Shown here: piece by piece, positions 1 to 9,664 of the stretch
Layout of the letters: each line of letters starts with the position of its first letter
Numbering within the stretch: the first letter of the stretch is position 1
DNA from: a virus
Virus record (IMG/VR): IMGVR_UViG_3300021138_000014
Span: 18,375-82,374 of that record
Length of the DNA: 64,000 bases
Direction: 5' to 3' (one strand)
Position numbers and translations under genes: made by a program
Notes under the pieces: model-generated
Databases searched by the model: none
The model's input: the letters and a program-made list of their open reading frames with translations, nothing else
Told to the model about the DNA's origin: nothing

Positions 1-390
1 AGTAACAATAGTGCTACCCACTTGAACGCCTTTCATCTGACGCTTGATACCGCGGTCGGCTTCAAACCCTGAAGGATAGTAGTAATCACTTGGATCAATG
101 CGCTCGCCGCGGTGAACACCACGTTGGTAGGAACGCTGTCCTACACGTGACTTCATGCTGTCTAATACTTTTTCCGATGTACCGTTTGGACGACCGCGAT
201 CATCACGACGTGTACGAATGGTTCCTAAATAACCATCCGGATATTCTGCGCTAGGTTCCCGACCAACGCCCATGCGTAGGAAATCGAGCTCGGAACGTGC
301 GGTAGGTTGACCACCTGCGCCATAAGCGGCGTAGGTTCCATACATACCATTCGCACCGAGCGACTGGACGTTTTGATGTGGACCTGGCAT
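1..390 (-). CDS. Hypothetical Gly/Arg-rich phage protein, truncated by window edge
   Basis: Hand-translated, not in ORF track: ATG at 390, MPGPHQNVQSLGANGMYGTY...RSELDFLRMGVGREPSAEYPDGYLG..., open to base 1. TACAAT lies 6 nt upstream. Confidence 0.8.
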   Translation of the reverse strand, partial: MPGPHQNVQSLGANGMYGTYAAYGAGGQPTARSELDFLRMGVGREPSAEYPDGYLGTIRTRRDDRGRPNGTSEKVLDSMKSRVGQRSYQRGVHRGERIDPSDYYYPSGFEADRGIKRQMKGVQVGSTIVT

Positions 391-404
391 ACCTACATTG
401 TAGG

Positions 405-1580
405 CTAGCGAGTACCTGCTAGCACAGTTAACTCTCTACGAGGGTCAAAACCTTGACCAATTAACATAGAAACAATACCTGGATCGCTTTCTAAGCCCGC
501 TTTGTCGCGCCACCAACTAGAACCGTTGTCCATTGCTGGGTTTTGTACAAATAAACGACGACCTACATTTTGAGTGTGGTAATGGTGTAGGTGACCAACG
601 TTAAGGATATCTGCGTTAGCGACTGAACAACGACCCATTACTTGACCGTTCCACCACTTAATCATGTTAGGCGCCTGATGTCCGTGAGCCATTCCGTACA
701 AAACACCGCTTAATTCAACAGCCAAGGTGCTGTCATCTGCTGCTGGGTAGCGAAACTCAACACGATCTTTGAGAAAATCATTAAGCAGTACTGCGTCCTC
801 TGCTTGACGAACGATGTCAATCTGCCATGAATCTTCAGGACGACTTACTAGAAAACGTTGAACCTCGTCATGGTTACCGGGAACAACTGGAATAATTAAC
901 TTAGAGGTAAGCGGAGCCAACTCTTTGATCCACGTAAGTAGCATACGGCGACCGACCTGTACTTGCTCTGAAACGCCAATATCATGGCGACCCATTACCT
1001 TTCCCTTTTGGCTGGTCATTCCTTCAATGCAATCGCCAAGTTGAGGTAACGCAATCTGTGCAATGTCATACCGCTTTGACATGCGTTCATAATGAGCAAT
1101 AACTTCTTCAAGTGCGCGATGCATACGATCTACAATTGCTGGGGTATCGTCTTTACCATATTGAGTATCACCTACACTGTAAACAGCGGTTAGGTTTCCT
1201 GCAGTCTCTTTAACCTTGCCCGGCTTCCACTTTTCCATGGACTTCTTAAGGGAATCTAAATCATAATCACGTGTTGCGTTCCCAGCTGCGGGCTGTAAGT
1301 TAACACGAAGGGACTCTAACCATTCACCGTCAAACTTTTGCCAACGACCTCGACGAATGGATAGGACTTCCCACTCATCTGCGTTTAATCCCGCCTCTTC
1401 AATTGCTTCGCGAGCGCCCGGTAAGTTACCGTCCTTGCGTGGGGTTGTGATAACAAAACCGCCGTCGGTGCCAACCTCTGATCGGGGGCGCCATGTATCT
1501 GGAATATCTTTTGTAACATCATCTGATCCACGATTTGTTTTAATAAAAGAATTAAAATCGTCTTTTATGGACATGAACAT
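405..1580 (-). CDS. Calcineurin-like metallophosphoesterase (Mre11/SbcD-like nuclease)
   Basis: Motifs GDTQ, LGDCIE, GNHDE, HGH, GHLHH in canonical order. Confidence 0.85.
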   Translation of the reverse strand: MFMSIKDDFNSFIKTNRGSDDVTKDIPDTWRPRSEVGTDGGFVITTPRKDGNLPGAREAIEEAGLNADEWEVLSIRRGRWQKFDGEWLESLRVNLQPAAGNATRDYDLDSLKKSMEKWKPGKVKETAGNLTAVYSVGDTQYGKDDTPAIVDRMHRALEEVIAHYERMSKRYDIAQIALPQLGDCIEGMTSQKGKVMGRHDIGVSEQVQVGRRMLLTWIKELAPLTSKLIIPVVPGNHDEVQRFLVSRPEDSWQIDIVRQAEDAVLLNDFLKDRVEFRYPAADDSTLAVELSGVLYGMAHGHQAPNMIKWWNGQVMGRCSVANADILNVGHLHHYHTQNVGRRLFVQNPAMDNGSSWWRDKAGLESDPGIVSMLIGQGFDPRRELTVLAGTR

Positions 1581-1810
1581 CTTCCTAATCTGTGCATTCG
1601 GAATGTAGTTAACCCGAACTCGACGTCAGGATAACTTTGATCTATGAATTCGTACAGCCTTAACGTGGAAACTTTTTCATCCGCAAGTAATTCTAAAAAC
1701 TCTTGTACAAACTTGTCGTCCTTGGACTTAAGCCACCATCCTACAAAACAGGTGCCCCGTTTGTTATAAGGTTTGTCTTCTGGAATTACCATGGTGTTAT
1801 TCAACCACAT
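1565..1810 (-). CDS. Hypothetical protein (C...H...CxC, possible Zn binding)
   Basis: Overlaps next gene; C-terminal HRLGRCSCP. Confidence 0.65.
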   Translation of the reverse strand: MWLNNTMVIPEDKPYNKRGTCFVGWWLKSKDDKFVQEFLELLADEKVSTLRLYEFIDQSYPDVEFGLTTFRMHRLGRCSCP

Positions 1811-1825
1811 ATGACCAAATAGTGC

Positions 1826-1860
1826 AAAAAGGAAAACCTCCCAGCGCGTGCTTGGGAGGC
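1826..1860 (-). terminator. Rho-independent terminator
   Basis: CCTCCCA/TGGGAGG stem followed by TTTTCCTTTTT on minus strand. Confidence 0.7.
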
Positions 1861-1877
1861 TTCCGTTTTGGTAAAAG

Positions 1878-2231
1878 TTAGCGAGATAGGTCGCTTACGC
1901 CAGCCTTGAAGTTAGGGCGGGTACGATTAACAGATGCAGGGACGATCTTACCGTTGCTCTGTGTGGCGCCAGCTTCTGGGGCTATTTGCTTTTGGAACTT
2001 GACCTTAACGCCGTAGGAGGCGCCAGCCTTTTCAGTAACGTTTGAACGATGCTCGGTTGAGCCTGTAGCTCCACCTGAAGCGGTGTTCTTCTTCTTTACT
2101 AATGTTCCTTTTTCAACGCCTGCAACCTTTGGGTGTGCGGCGTTCTTTCCCATTGTAGGGAACTTGCTCTTTGGTTCTGACATATTTAAATCCTTTGGCC
2201 GAAGGTGAATTACAGGATACTGTGTAATCAA
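1878..2231 (-). CDS. Hypothetical basic protein (likely start at MSEPKSK)
   Basis: Lys-rich ORF; AAGGA upstream of the internal ATG. Confidence 0.7.
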   Translation of the reverse strand: MITQYPVIHLRPKDLNMSEPKSKFPTMGKNAAHPKVAGVEKGTLVKKKNTASGGATGSTEHRSNVTEKAGASYGVKVKFQKQIAPEAGATQSNGKIVPASVNRTRPNFKAGVSDLSR

Positions 2232-2234
2232 GCG

Positions 2235-2510
2235 TTACAGTGCCTTAACATCAAAAACGATGGCAGAAATCTGACCATCATGGCTTTCAATGTTAGTAAA
2301 CCCAGTAACAAAAACAAGGTCGATACCTCGTGGAGCGGTATAACCGCGGGCAATAGTGATGGCTTTTACAGCCTGATTTACAGCTCCAGCACCCACCGCA
2401 CGCAATTTTGCTGAGCGTGTTTCGTACATGCTGTGGGCAATTGCGGATGCTACGGATTGTGGGTTGGATCCAGCGCCGACGCGCAGGATTCCTTCTTCTT
2501 TTTCTGACAT
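2235..2510 (-). CDS. spoVS: Stage V sporulation protein S family (Alba-like fold)
   Basis: LRVGAGSNPQSVASAIA...RAVGAGAVNQAVKAITIARG is the SpoVS signature. Confidence 0.93.
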   Translation of the reverse strand: MSEKEEGILRVGAGSNPQSVASAIAHSMYETRSAKLRAVGAGAVNQAVKAITIARGYTAPRGIDLVFVTGFTNIESHDGQISAIVFDVKAL

Positions 2511-2583
2511 ATTTTAGACCTCGGGTTACGTGTGTTGGGATCTCCCTACGTAAAGTATGCGGGTCTAAAAGTTGGGTGTAAGG

Positions 2584-2799
2584 CTAAACTAGCCGATCTA
2601 ATGGGGTAGGAGCAATGGCAAAAGTGCCACAAATAGCGCACTCCATCTCCAATAAGTATTGGGCGATTTCGTAGTCTGCAAAGGACACCTTTAAATTCCA
2701 CAAGTTTGATTCGCAGTGTGGGCACTCTTGGCAGACCTGATCCGCGTAATCTAAAGTACCTGTGTAATCAGGTTTCAGTTCTCGTATTGATCTCGGCAT
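2584..2799 (-). CDS. Small zinc-ribbon hypothetical protein
   Basis: CPHC...CAIC. Confidence 0.7.
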   Translation of the reverse strand: MPRSIRELKPDYTGTLDYADQVCQECPHCESNLWNLKVSFADYEIAQYLLEMECAICGTFAIAPTPLDRLV

Positions 2800-3023
2800 T
2801 TTTCCATAAAATCTGATAGAACGTGACCACCAATTTCAAAATACGTTTGAGTATTCATCATAAGATCCATTGGGTGCAACAGTTGTTGCTTATCTTTACC
2901 CCAGTTATGCCCAAGGTATTCTTTTAATCCAGGGGTAAACGTGTCAACAAATTCCTCCGCTGTCATGTACCCAAGATTGCGGTTATCCCGTTTTGTAAAC
3001 TTATCCTTGGCCACCCCAACCAC
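2775..3023 (-). CDS. Hypothetical protein
   Basis: Fills the gap and overlaps both neighbours. Confidence 0.65.
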   Translation of the reverse strand: MVGVAKDKFTKRDNRNLGYMTAEEFVDTFTPGLKEYLGHNWGKDKQQLLHPMDLMMNTQTYFEIGGHVLSDFMEKCRDQYEN

Positions 3024-3171
3024 CCCCTTTAAAATGTGCTGGGTTGGCTTGAAATACCTTAATCATCTGGTTACCGCAATGCTCGCATTCAACACGGTGA
3101 TTTTCTTCAAAAGTAAAGTACCGTTCGATTTGAGTGTCGCATGCTACACAGGCAAAGTCATAACTAGGCAT
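3001..3171 (-). CDS. FmdB-family zinc ribbon protein
   Basis: MPSYDFACVAC...CEHCG...FKGGGW; start reassigned to ATG 3171. Confidence 0.88.
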   Translation of the reverse strand: MPSYDFACVACDTQIERYFTFEENHRVECEHCGNQMIKVFQANPAHFKGGGWGGQG

Positions 3172-3754
3172 AAACGTCAATCTCTCTATATTCAGGGGAC
3201 TGAAGTTTATCGTAAACTTCCTTTTCGTACTCAAGGCTTGCGTTTCCAGATATCAACTGAGCAAGCGCAAAGGAGTCAGCTGCGTTGTCGTCTTTAAATT
3301 CCACGCCCCACTTCTTGTATACCTGCAAGAGCATCTGATTCTTTTGAACGTTTCCCTTGCCTGTGGCGTACTTCTTAAGCATGCTTGGGCTAACTATGTA
3401 TGGGTAGCACGCATTTTCTGCCATATATGCACGCGCTTTAACTAATGACAACTTAACAGTGCCACCCAATTCTCCTAACATATTAGCCATCTGCGAACCG
3501 TAAGCGTACCCTTCGATCGCAGTGGCTTGAATAACATGACCCGTTGAGCGCTTGACCATGATGTTTTCAATAATATAATTTTGAATGTTTAATAACCGGG
3601 TAACCCCCATAGAATCAAACTTAGCAACGCTAGTTTGGTAGGAACCATCTTCCCCTAGGAAAGTCATACCAAAGCCTGTGTAAGATTGATCTATACCAAG
3701 GTATACGTTAGTTGAAGTAAGTTCTCCTCCAACTAATTTAACACGTGCGGTCAT
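3164..3754 (-). CDS. RuvC-like Holliday junction resolvase
   Basis: LGIDQSYTGFG, IEGY, LKKYATGKGN..K, DDNAADS. Confidence 0.88.
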   Translation of the reverse strand: MTARVKLVGGELTSTNVYLGIDQSYTGFGMTFLGEDGSYQTSVAKFDSMGVTRLLNIQNYIIENIMVKRSTGHVIQATAIEGYAYGSQMANMLGELGGTVKLSLVKARAYMAENACYPYIVSPSMLKKYATGKGNVQKNQMLLQVYKKWGVEFKDDNAADSFALAQLISGNASLEYEKEVYDKLQSPEYREIDVYA

Positions 3755-4254
3755 GCAAATAACCGATTGTTTCCACGAGTAGTAGCGCTTTGTCCACCAA
3801 TTCTTCGACTTAACTCTCGGCTAATCAAGGCGGTATCCTTTTCTACATTGTTGGTCATTACTTCAATGATCTTGCGGTAGGCATACTTCTCACTAAACTC
3901 CGCTTGCAACCTCATTACTTTAGGATCTGTTTTAATGCGTGCTTTAATAAGGGCTACAGTTTCTTTTTTACCCGCAGAACTTGAGTCAATGTAACTTAGG
4001 CTTTCTTCAAACTCAAGGCTGTTTTCCGCGTTGCGCTCATCAATAAAAGCGCAAGCAAGTTGGGCGCTAAGGAAGTTGCTGTAAGCGGTTAACTTTGCAA
4101 ATAAATGCATTAAACCATTGTCATCTAATTCTGTTACATCCTCAGGTATCTCTGGAATGTCTAACTCTTTAGAGGTTTGAAATAAAAATCCTTGCAAACT
4201 TACTGATTGAATTAATGGTTGGCTTGCGCCTTGTTTAATCTGAAGTTCGCTCAT
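3751..4254 (-). CDS. Hypothetical helical protein (possible recombination mediator)
   Basis: Coiled-coil-like ORF within the recombination cluster. Confidence 0.6.
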   Translation of the reverse strand: MSELQIKQGASQPLIQSVSLQGFLFQTSKELDIPEIPEDVTELDDNGLMHLFAKLTAYSNFLSAQLACAFIDERNAENSLEFEESLSYIDSSSAGKKETVALIKARIKTDPKVMRLQAEFSEKYAYRKIIEVMTNNVEKDTALISRELSRRIGGQSATTRGNNRLFA

Positions 4255-5104
4255 TTACCTGCTCCTCTGTATAGGATCTGCACTTCGTGCAACCTGCGGT
4301 ACCGTTAATATTACACAGAGGGGGCGTGTTTTGCGAAATCGCGTCAAGGATTGACTGGGCTTGAGCAAACTTATCAAGCACTGAAAAATCATTTTTCTTA
4401 ACAACAAATTCTTTAAGAGCATGGCTACCCTTTGCCTCGTAAAGCAGTAGGGCTTCCTGTGGTGCATTTTTCATACCCATAAGTTCCATAAGTTTCATAT
4501 AAATCTGAGCTTGGTTGATGTGATCAGAAAATGGGTGCTCTAAAGAATCAAAGGCTTTATCAAAATTATTGTTATGTTCGATCAAACGACCCCGATCATA
4601 CCAACCTAGGGTTCCTACCCCCACTGATTTGATCTCTAGTAGTAGGGGATCACCGAAGCCAAGCAATAGCCCATCTGCACTTCCGCTAATGCGGAGTGGT
4701 TCATGGCTTAATGGGATTTCATTGTAATGAAGGTGTCGTGGATCTACCTTATGGTCACTGGGTAAACCTGTGAAAGTCTCCCGGCAATCGTCGCAATAGT
4801 ATTTGCCGTACAACTTGTTCATATCTTTAAACCAGTTTTGCCAGCGATCATGAATCATGTGTCCAGTAGCAAACACAATTTCTCGTTGTAGGCTAGTTAC
4901 TTCCGGGGCTTTAGGAGCACCTTGTAATAAAAAGTATTGTTCTCTATGGCACCACTTGTTGCTTGCCATTGCTGAGGGGTGAATGACGTCTTGACGACGT
5001 GAGGTATCTTTTTCTTTAGCAATAAGCCATCGTTCAACTGGGCCAATTACTCTGGTGCTTTTGTCAACATTTAAAAACGCTTTCAGTGCACCAGTTGGCT
5101 TCAT
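4235..5104 (-). CDS. Cas4-like PD-(D/E)XK exonuclease
   Basis: HPS...C, GSADG, LEIKS, QAQIY and C-terminal C..CxxC Fe-S-type Cys pattern. Confidence 0.85.
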   Translation of the reverse strand: MKPTGALKAFLNVDKSTRVIGPVERWLIAKEKDTSRRQDVIHPSAMASNKWCHREQYFLLQGAPKAPEVTSLQREIVFATGHMIHDRWQNWFKDMNKLYGKYYCDDCRETFTGLPSDHKVDPRHLHYNEIPLSHEPLRISGSADGLLLGFGDPLLLEIKSVGVGTLGWYDRGRLIEHNNNFDKAFDSLEHPFSDHINQAQIYMKLMELMGMKNAPQEALLLYEAKGSHALKEFVVKKNDFSVLDKFAQAQSILDAISQNTPPLCNINGTAGCTKCRSYTEEQVNERTSD

Positions 5105-5415
5105 CTTTTCCTAACCCACTCTTCCAATGTCTTATCGTTCTTCTTGGCTTTACGCTTAAGAGCATTGCGTTCACGATGGCTGAGTCCTCCCCAGATACCG
5201 TGTTGCTCGTTGTTGCCTTCGGCGTACAACATGCACTCAATTCGTACGGGACATTCTGCCTTACCGTCTTTGCCAAAGCAAATCGCTTTAGCCTTGTCGG
5301 CAATCAGTTTGTATTTGGCTTTATCGCGTGGGGGAAACCAAAGTTCTGTGTCCATAGATCGACACTTGGCTTTGTGGCGCCAACCTTCTATTCCTTCGTC
5401 TTCGTACAAGAACAC
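5101..5415 (-). CDS. whiB: WhiB family Fe-S transcription factor
   Basis: W...AKC...AKAIC...CPVRIEC...GIWGG...ER. Confidence 0.95.
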   Translation of the reverse strand: MFLYEDEGIEGWRHKAKCRSMDTELWFPPRDKAKYKLIADKAKAICFGKDGKAECPVRIECMLYAEGNNEQHGIWGGLSHRERNALKRKAKKNDKTLEEWVRKR

Positions 5416-5744
5416 TCCTGGAGTCTGTGGCGCAGCTCCAGAAAGTCATCCTCCGTTAACATTATGTAATTCTCACCGTTAAGGTGGAAACCGAGGACAG
5501 GCATACGATTGTCAAGAATCGCTTCAGTAACAATCTTCTCTAGAACCGCAGCCTTTACGGATACGGATTGCTTGCCAGTCCACTTGTGTTCTACAAGTAA
5601 ATCGCTACTTCTGACGTCGCCTTTACGGCTCCAAAAAGCACCGCTAGCCGCGTTACGCTGACCACCGATAGCTTTTGCAAGCCTATCCTCATGCTTCCTT
5701 GACTCTTGCTGTCCTTTACTCCTCATCGGTGGTGGCTTCAACAA
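5388..5744 (-). CDS. Small PD-(D/E)XK nuclease (Hjc-like resolvase)
   Basis: E...SGA...GDV...LVEHK; likely start MRSKGQ. Confidence 0.7.
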   Translation of the reverse strand: MLKPPPMRSKGQQESRKHEDRLAKAIGGQRNAASGAFWSRKGDVRSSDLLVEHKWTGKQSVSVKAAVLEKIVTEAILDNRMPVLGFHLNGENYIMLTEDDFLELRHRLQECSCTKTKE

Positions 5745-6789
5745 TGTACTTTGAGCCAGCCTTGATGGTTTCTAGGACGTCCTTCTCCAGACGCTCTCGG
5801 AGGTCGATCTCCTCCTTGATAGAGCTAACCATAGCATCTCCTCCTTGCCATTTTCTATCGCCGTAACTATAGAAGGCACCAGCACGAGTAATAACCTTGT
5901 TAAGGACCCCAAGTGAAGCAATCTGCTTAGCAAAGTCGTATTCACCGGGAGGAACTGATCCCCCGTCAGCAAAATAAAAGTCTAGGTATGCCACTTGCGA
6001 TGGTGGGGCAACCTTGTTCTTGAGGGTACGAACCTTGATAGTCTGACCGATACGGCGCTTGCTATCTCCTGAACCAACCTCTAACCACTCATCACGCTTG
6101 ATCTCAAGACGAGTAAAGAAGGCATAGTCTTTGCCTAATCCGCCGGGGGTGGTTCGTGGATCTCCGTACATGACGCCGATCTTTGAGCGCCACTGATTGA
6201 TGATCAAACCAATAAAAGGTCGTTCCTGTTCAGTAAGTGAACGCTTGCTAGCGGGACCTACCTTACGGAAAAACTTATTAGTTAGGAGCGCTCCCTTTCC
6301 GACGGTGAACTCATCCATGTCTTTCTCATCTTCTGCACCTGGAACCAGAGCAGGCAAGGAATCAACAACAATACAATCGATAGACTTACTTTCAGCAATT
6401 TTGATAACTGTTTCAAATGCTTCCTCCATAATATTCGTGGATACTACGTAAACGCGTGATAGATCCACTCCGCATAATTCTGCATAAGAAGGAACCCATT
6501 GTTCTGCAGCTACCCAAACTGCTGTAAAATCTGGATCTTTTTCTTGATTGGCTGCAATAGTTTTTAGGGCAATAGCGGTTTTACCATTACTGGCTTCTCC
6601 TACTAACTCTGCCCATTGGTTGGTCGGCCATCCGCCACCCAAAATTACATCAAGTGATAATGAACCTGTTGTCATGTGAGAAATTAGATCTTCTCTAATC
6701 TCTGATCCTAGGACAATAGCCCCTGGATTCTTCTTATTAACTAATGCGATGGTTTTTAAAAGTTCTTTGTTCTTCTCCGCTGTTGTCAT
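5716..6789 (-). CDS. recA: RecA-like recombinase
   Basis: TGSLSLDVILGGG, Walker A GEASNGKT, VVDS, INQWR, TTPGG. Confidence 0.95.
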   Translation of the reverse strand: MTTAEKNKELLKTIALVNKKNPGAIVLGSEIREDLISHMTTGSLSLDVILGGGWPTNQWAELVGEASNGKTAIALKTIAANQEKDPDFTAVWVAAEQWVPSYAELCGVDLSRVYVVSTNIMEEAFETVIKIAESKSIDCIVVDSLPALVPGAEDEKDMDEFTVGKGALLTNKFFRKVGPASKRSLTEQERPFIGLIINQWRSKIGVMYGDPRTTPGGLGKDYAFFTRLEIKRDEWLEVGSGDSKRRIGQTIKVRTLKNKVAPPSQVAYLDFYFADGGSVPPGEYDFAKQIASLGVLNKVITRAGAFYSYGDRKWQGGDAMVSSIKEEIDLRERLEKDVLETIKAGSKYIVEATTDEE

Positions 6790-7172
6790 TATTCGAGTTT
6801 ACCAATAATCGTCGTAGGATTCCAACCGCCAGTTGGCACTTGAAAGGCTTTCTGTGTAGGACCTGCGGATGGGATATTTACTCCACCTGCACCACTACCT
6901 GATTGAACTTTAGGGTACCCACAGTCATAGCACCGCCATGCATCTTGTGGACCGTTCTGCGTGGCAATTGAACCCACTTTCATGTAATTTCCACTACGGC
7001 ATTCTGGGCAAGCGCCTGAACTAGAAACACTTCCCATTGGACGACCAGTAGGTTGTTGTTGTGGTTGTTGATATGTATCCATAGGTCGTTGCGAGGGAGC
7101 CAACGGCAGATCGGATGACCGTGTTGTGGGCGTAGCATTACCACCCGCATGTTTAGACCAGAAGTTACTCAT
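6789..7172 (-). CDS. Zinc-ribbon hypothetical protein
   Basis: CPECRS...RCYDCGY. Confidence 0.7.
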   Translation of the reverse strand: MSNFWSKHAGGNATPTTRSSDLPLAPSQRPMDTYQQPQQQPTGRPMGSVSSSGACPECRSGNYMKVGSIATQNGPQDAWRCYDCGYPKVQSGSGAGGVNIPSAGPTQKAFQVPTGGWNPTTIIGKLE

Positions 7173-7611
7173 CTCTTATTATTCCTCCTATAGCGTTTAT
7201 ATCTATTAAGCCCAATTCTACTCCTGAGGACAGGGTAGAAATAATCCCAGACATAGAAATCATCTTGTAAATATCTTCTATCTTATGGTATTCAGAGTGA
7301 AGGTCTTCAGAATCTAAATCTATTCCTGCCTCACGCATTCTTTCAAATTGAACGGCGGCCATAGCTTGAGAATTAATATCGGCCATTGCCTCGATAAAGG
7401 GAAGTAACCCCATGATCTCCGATAGTCGATCTTCGCTACCCTGTAGTTCGGTTTGCTTACCCTCTTCACTAACCGGAAGCATTCCTACGGCTTTGGCAAC
7501 ATAGTTTGGATCTTCTATAGAAGCGTCATAAAAATACCAGCGAAGTAAGGTGGCAACAGACACCTCAATAATTTGAGGTTCAAATTTAGGTTGCCAAAAT
7601 TTCCAACTCAT
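7165..7611 (-). CDS. Hypothetical protein
   Basis: Translationally coupled ORF. Confidence 0.7.
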   Translation of the reverse strand: MSWKFWQPKFEPQIIEVSVATLLRWYFYDASIEDPNYVAKAVGMLPVSEEGKQTELQGSEDRLSEIMGLLPFIEAMADINSQAMAAVQFERMREAGIDLDSEDLHSEYHKIEDIYKMISMSGIISTLSSGVELGLIDINAIGGIIRDE

Positions 7612-9614
7612 TGATCTTTAGCCTCTCCCCACCGCTCTACAACTTTAATATCTGCAATTAAAGGAACCTCTAAAAGATCAATATCTTCCATGGCTCTTCT
7701 AATAGCGGATACAGTTTCCTCCACCAGATTGTCTGGGGCTAGGGTAACCAATTCATCGTGAACTGTGAGGATTAGTTTAGCCTCTTTAGGCAAAAACTCA
7801 TAAGCGCGAACCATAGCCCACTTAATAATGTCGGCCGCAGTTCCTTGAATACGTGTATTAAAGGCTTGACGCTCCGCCCCAGCCCGCTCTCCTTTATCCG
7901 AGGAGTTTAATTCTGGCAAAAACCGTTTACGTCCTAGGCGGGTCTTGATGTACGGGATAGGCTCCTTTTGCCGGGCGTATTGAATAACGGTTTTCTTATA
8001 CGACAAGATGGCGGGGAACTCTTTACCAAAGTCTTCTAGTAGTTGCCGAGCCTCGGGAACCGTCTTATTAATCTTCTTAGCAATCTTTTCGGCTCCAACA
8101 CCATAAGCAATTGATAACACTAATTCTTTTCCCGCCTTGCGATCCACGCCAACTCTATCGCCTACGGTGGTGTACAAATCACGCTTCTCTTTATACGAAA
8201 GTATCATGGTTTCTTCTTTAGCCAAAGAAGCAATAACTCTAGGTTCAATTTGACTGTAGTCCGCTACAATTAATTTGTAACCTTCGGGAGCAATAAATAG
8301 GTTTCTAATCGCCTTGCCGTTAGGGGTATGCGGTGCTGGAACATTTTGAAGGTTTGGGTTACGGCTGGAAAAACGACCTGTCTCGGCCCCGTGCTGAATA
8401 AAGTCACAGTGCAATCGACCATTGATAAGCATGCTGTCTTTGGTTTCTAATTTAGCTTTGCCGCCTGTGGTACGAACTACCTCACCACCCAAGTATGGAA
8501 TAACATACGTGCTACGCAATTTATTTAAATCAGAGTAATTAAGTAGGGCATTTACTAAAGGATCTTCTTCTCTAAACTCTTCTAATGCTTCGGCTGATAC
8601 AGAGTAGTCACTAATACTACGTTCCTTTGCCAATTTTCCTTTACCCTTACCCGTCAATAACTTTGGCTTAAGTCCCCGGTTTCCGTCTTTTACTGACCCG
8701 TATAAAAGCTCTTGCTTCTCGGGGTTTGAGTTTAAATTAAATTGACGACCAGCAATCCGAAAAATATTTGCCTTTGCTTCTTCAATATCCGCGTCTAAAC
8801 GCTTGTCTAATTCAAAAAGCGCTTCTAGATCCAAGGGTGCACCTGTAAGTTTCATGTCACAAAGTACTCGGAGCACCTTCATCTCAAGGTTCATTGTGGC
8901 TTGAACATCAGCCTCAATGACCTTCTTACTAATAATCTTCCACAATTCCCATGTGTACTTGGCATCAAGTTTGGCATATAGGGCTACCTCTTGAAAAGAG
9001 TACTTCTCTACTTCTGCTCCCACACCCTTTTCCATCTCAAAACCCATTTCTCGCTTTAAGCAATCCGCTAAACCACAACGATTCTTGTTACGGTTGTCGG
9101 ATATAAAAGAAGCAATCATGGTGTCAAAATAAGGCTCAGCTGGTACGCGACCACCGTAGTACTTAGCAACGGAGGTTAAATCAAAAATAAGGTTGTGACC
9201 TACTTTTAAAATATTTTCGTTAAACATCAAAGGCTCTAACGCTGCAAATACTTCTGCGGGGTATAATTGCTTTGGTGGATCAGTAAAAACCTTAGTTGCT
9301 AATTTGGATGAGCGTGAATAATCAGCATCTCTAATGGTCAACCCAGAGTCCGCACGCTTCTGTCCTTGCCCAGTTAAGGGCTTCACAACCTCTTTTAAAT
9401 CACCGTTTGGATGACCCATAGGAATAACATCCGAACGCCCCCAAGTAGAAAAACTAATCCAAAGCACCTCATTAACAGGCGTGTCTCCGCGTCGATCGCC
9501 AACGGTTTCTACGTCATAAGCAAAGGCATCTTGCTTCATGTAATAAGCGATCATCTCATCAAGCGCTTCTTTAGTTGTAATTGCTTTTACTTCGTGTATC
9601 AACTTATCCCCCAA
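7608..9614 (-). CDS. polA: Family A DNA polymerase with 3'-5' exonuclease
   Basis: YDVET, GHNLIFD, TGRFSSRNPNLQN, ADYSQIEPR, QGTAADI, VHDEL. Confidence 0.96.
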   Translation of the reverse strand: MGDKLIHEVKAITTKEALDEMIAYYMKQDAFAYDVETVGDRRGDTPVNEVLWISFSTWGRSDVIPMGHPNGDLKEVVKPLTGQGQKRADSGLTIRDADYSRSSKLATKVFTDPPKQLYPAEVFAALEPLMFNENILKVGHNLIFDLTSVAKYYGGRVPAEPYFDTMIASFISDNRNKNRCGLADCLKREMGFEMEKGVGAEVEKYSFQEVALYAKLDAKYTWELWKIISKKVIEADVQATMNLEMKVLRVLCDMKLTGAPLDLEALFELDKRLDADIEEAKANIFRIAGRQFNLNSNPEKQELLYGSVKDGNRGLKPKLLTGKGKGKLAKERSISDYSVSAEALEEFREEDPLVNALLNYSDLNKLRSTYVIPYLGGEVVRTTGGKAKLETKDSMLINGRLHCDFIQHGAETGRFSSRNPNLQNVPAPHTPNGKAIRNLFIAPEGYKLIVADYSQIEPRVIASLAKEETMILSYKEKRDLYTTVGDRVGVDRKAGKELVLSIAYGVGAEKIAKKINKTVPEARQLLEDFGKEFPAILSYKKTVIQYARQKEPIPYIKTRLGRKRFLPELNSSDKGERAGAERQAFNTRIQGTAADIIKWAMVRAYEFLPKEAKLILTVHDELVTLAPDNLVEETVSAIRRAMEDIDLLEVPLIADIKVVERWGEAKDQ

Positions 9615-9664
9615 TGAGTAGAGGCGCTAGCCTATAAGTACTAGCGCCCCCACGTCCAATTTGA

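Noticed and set aside
4235-5104. Cas4-like gene as evidence of CRISPR-Cas
   Set aside because: No repeat-spacer array or other cas genes seen; solo Cas4-like nucleases are routine in phage recombination modules
7608-9614. Inteins or introns in PolA (also checked RecA, DnaB, TerL)
   Set aside because: Lengths are normal and no intein-terminal or homing endonuclease motifs were seen
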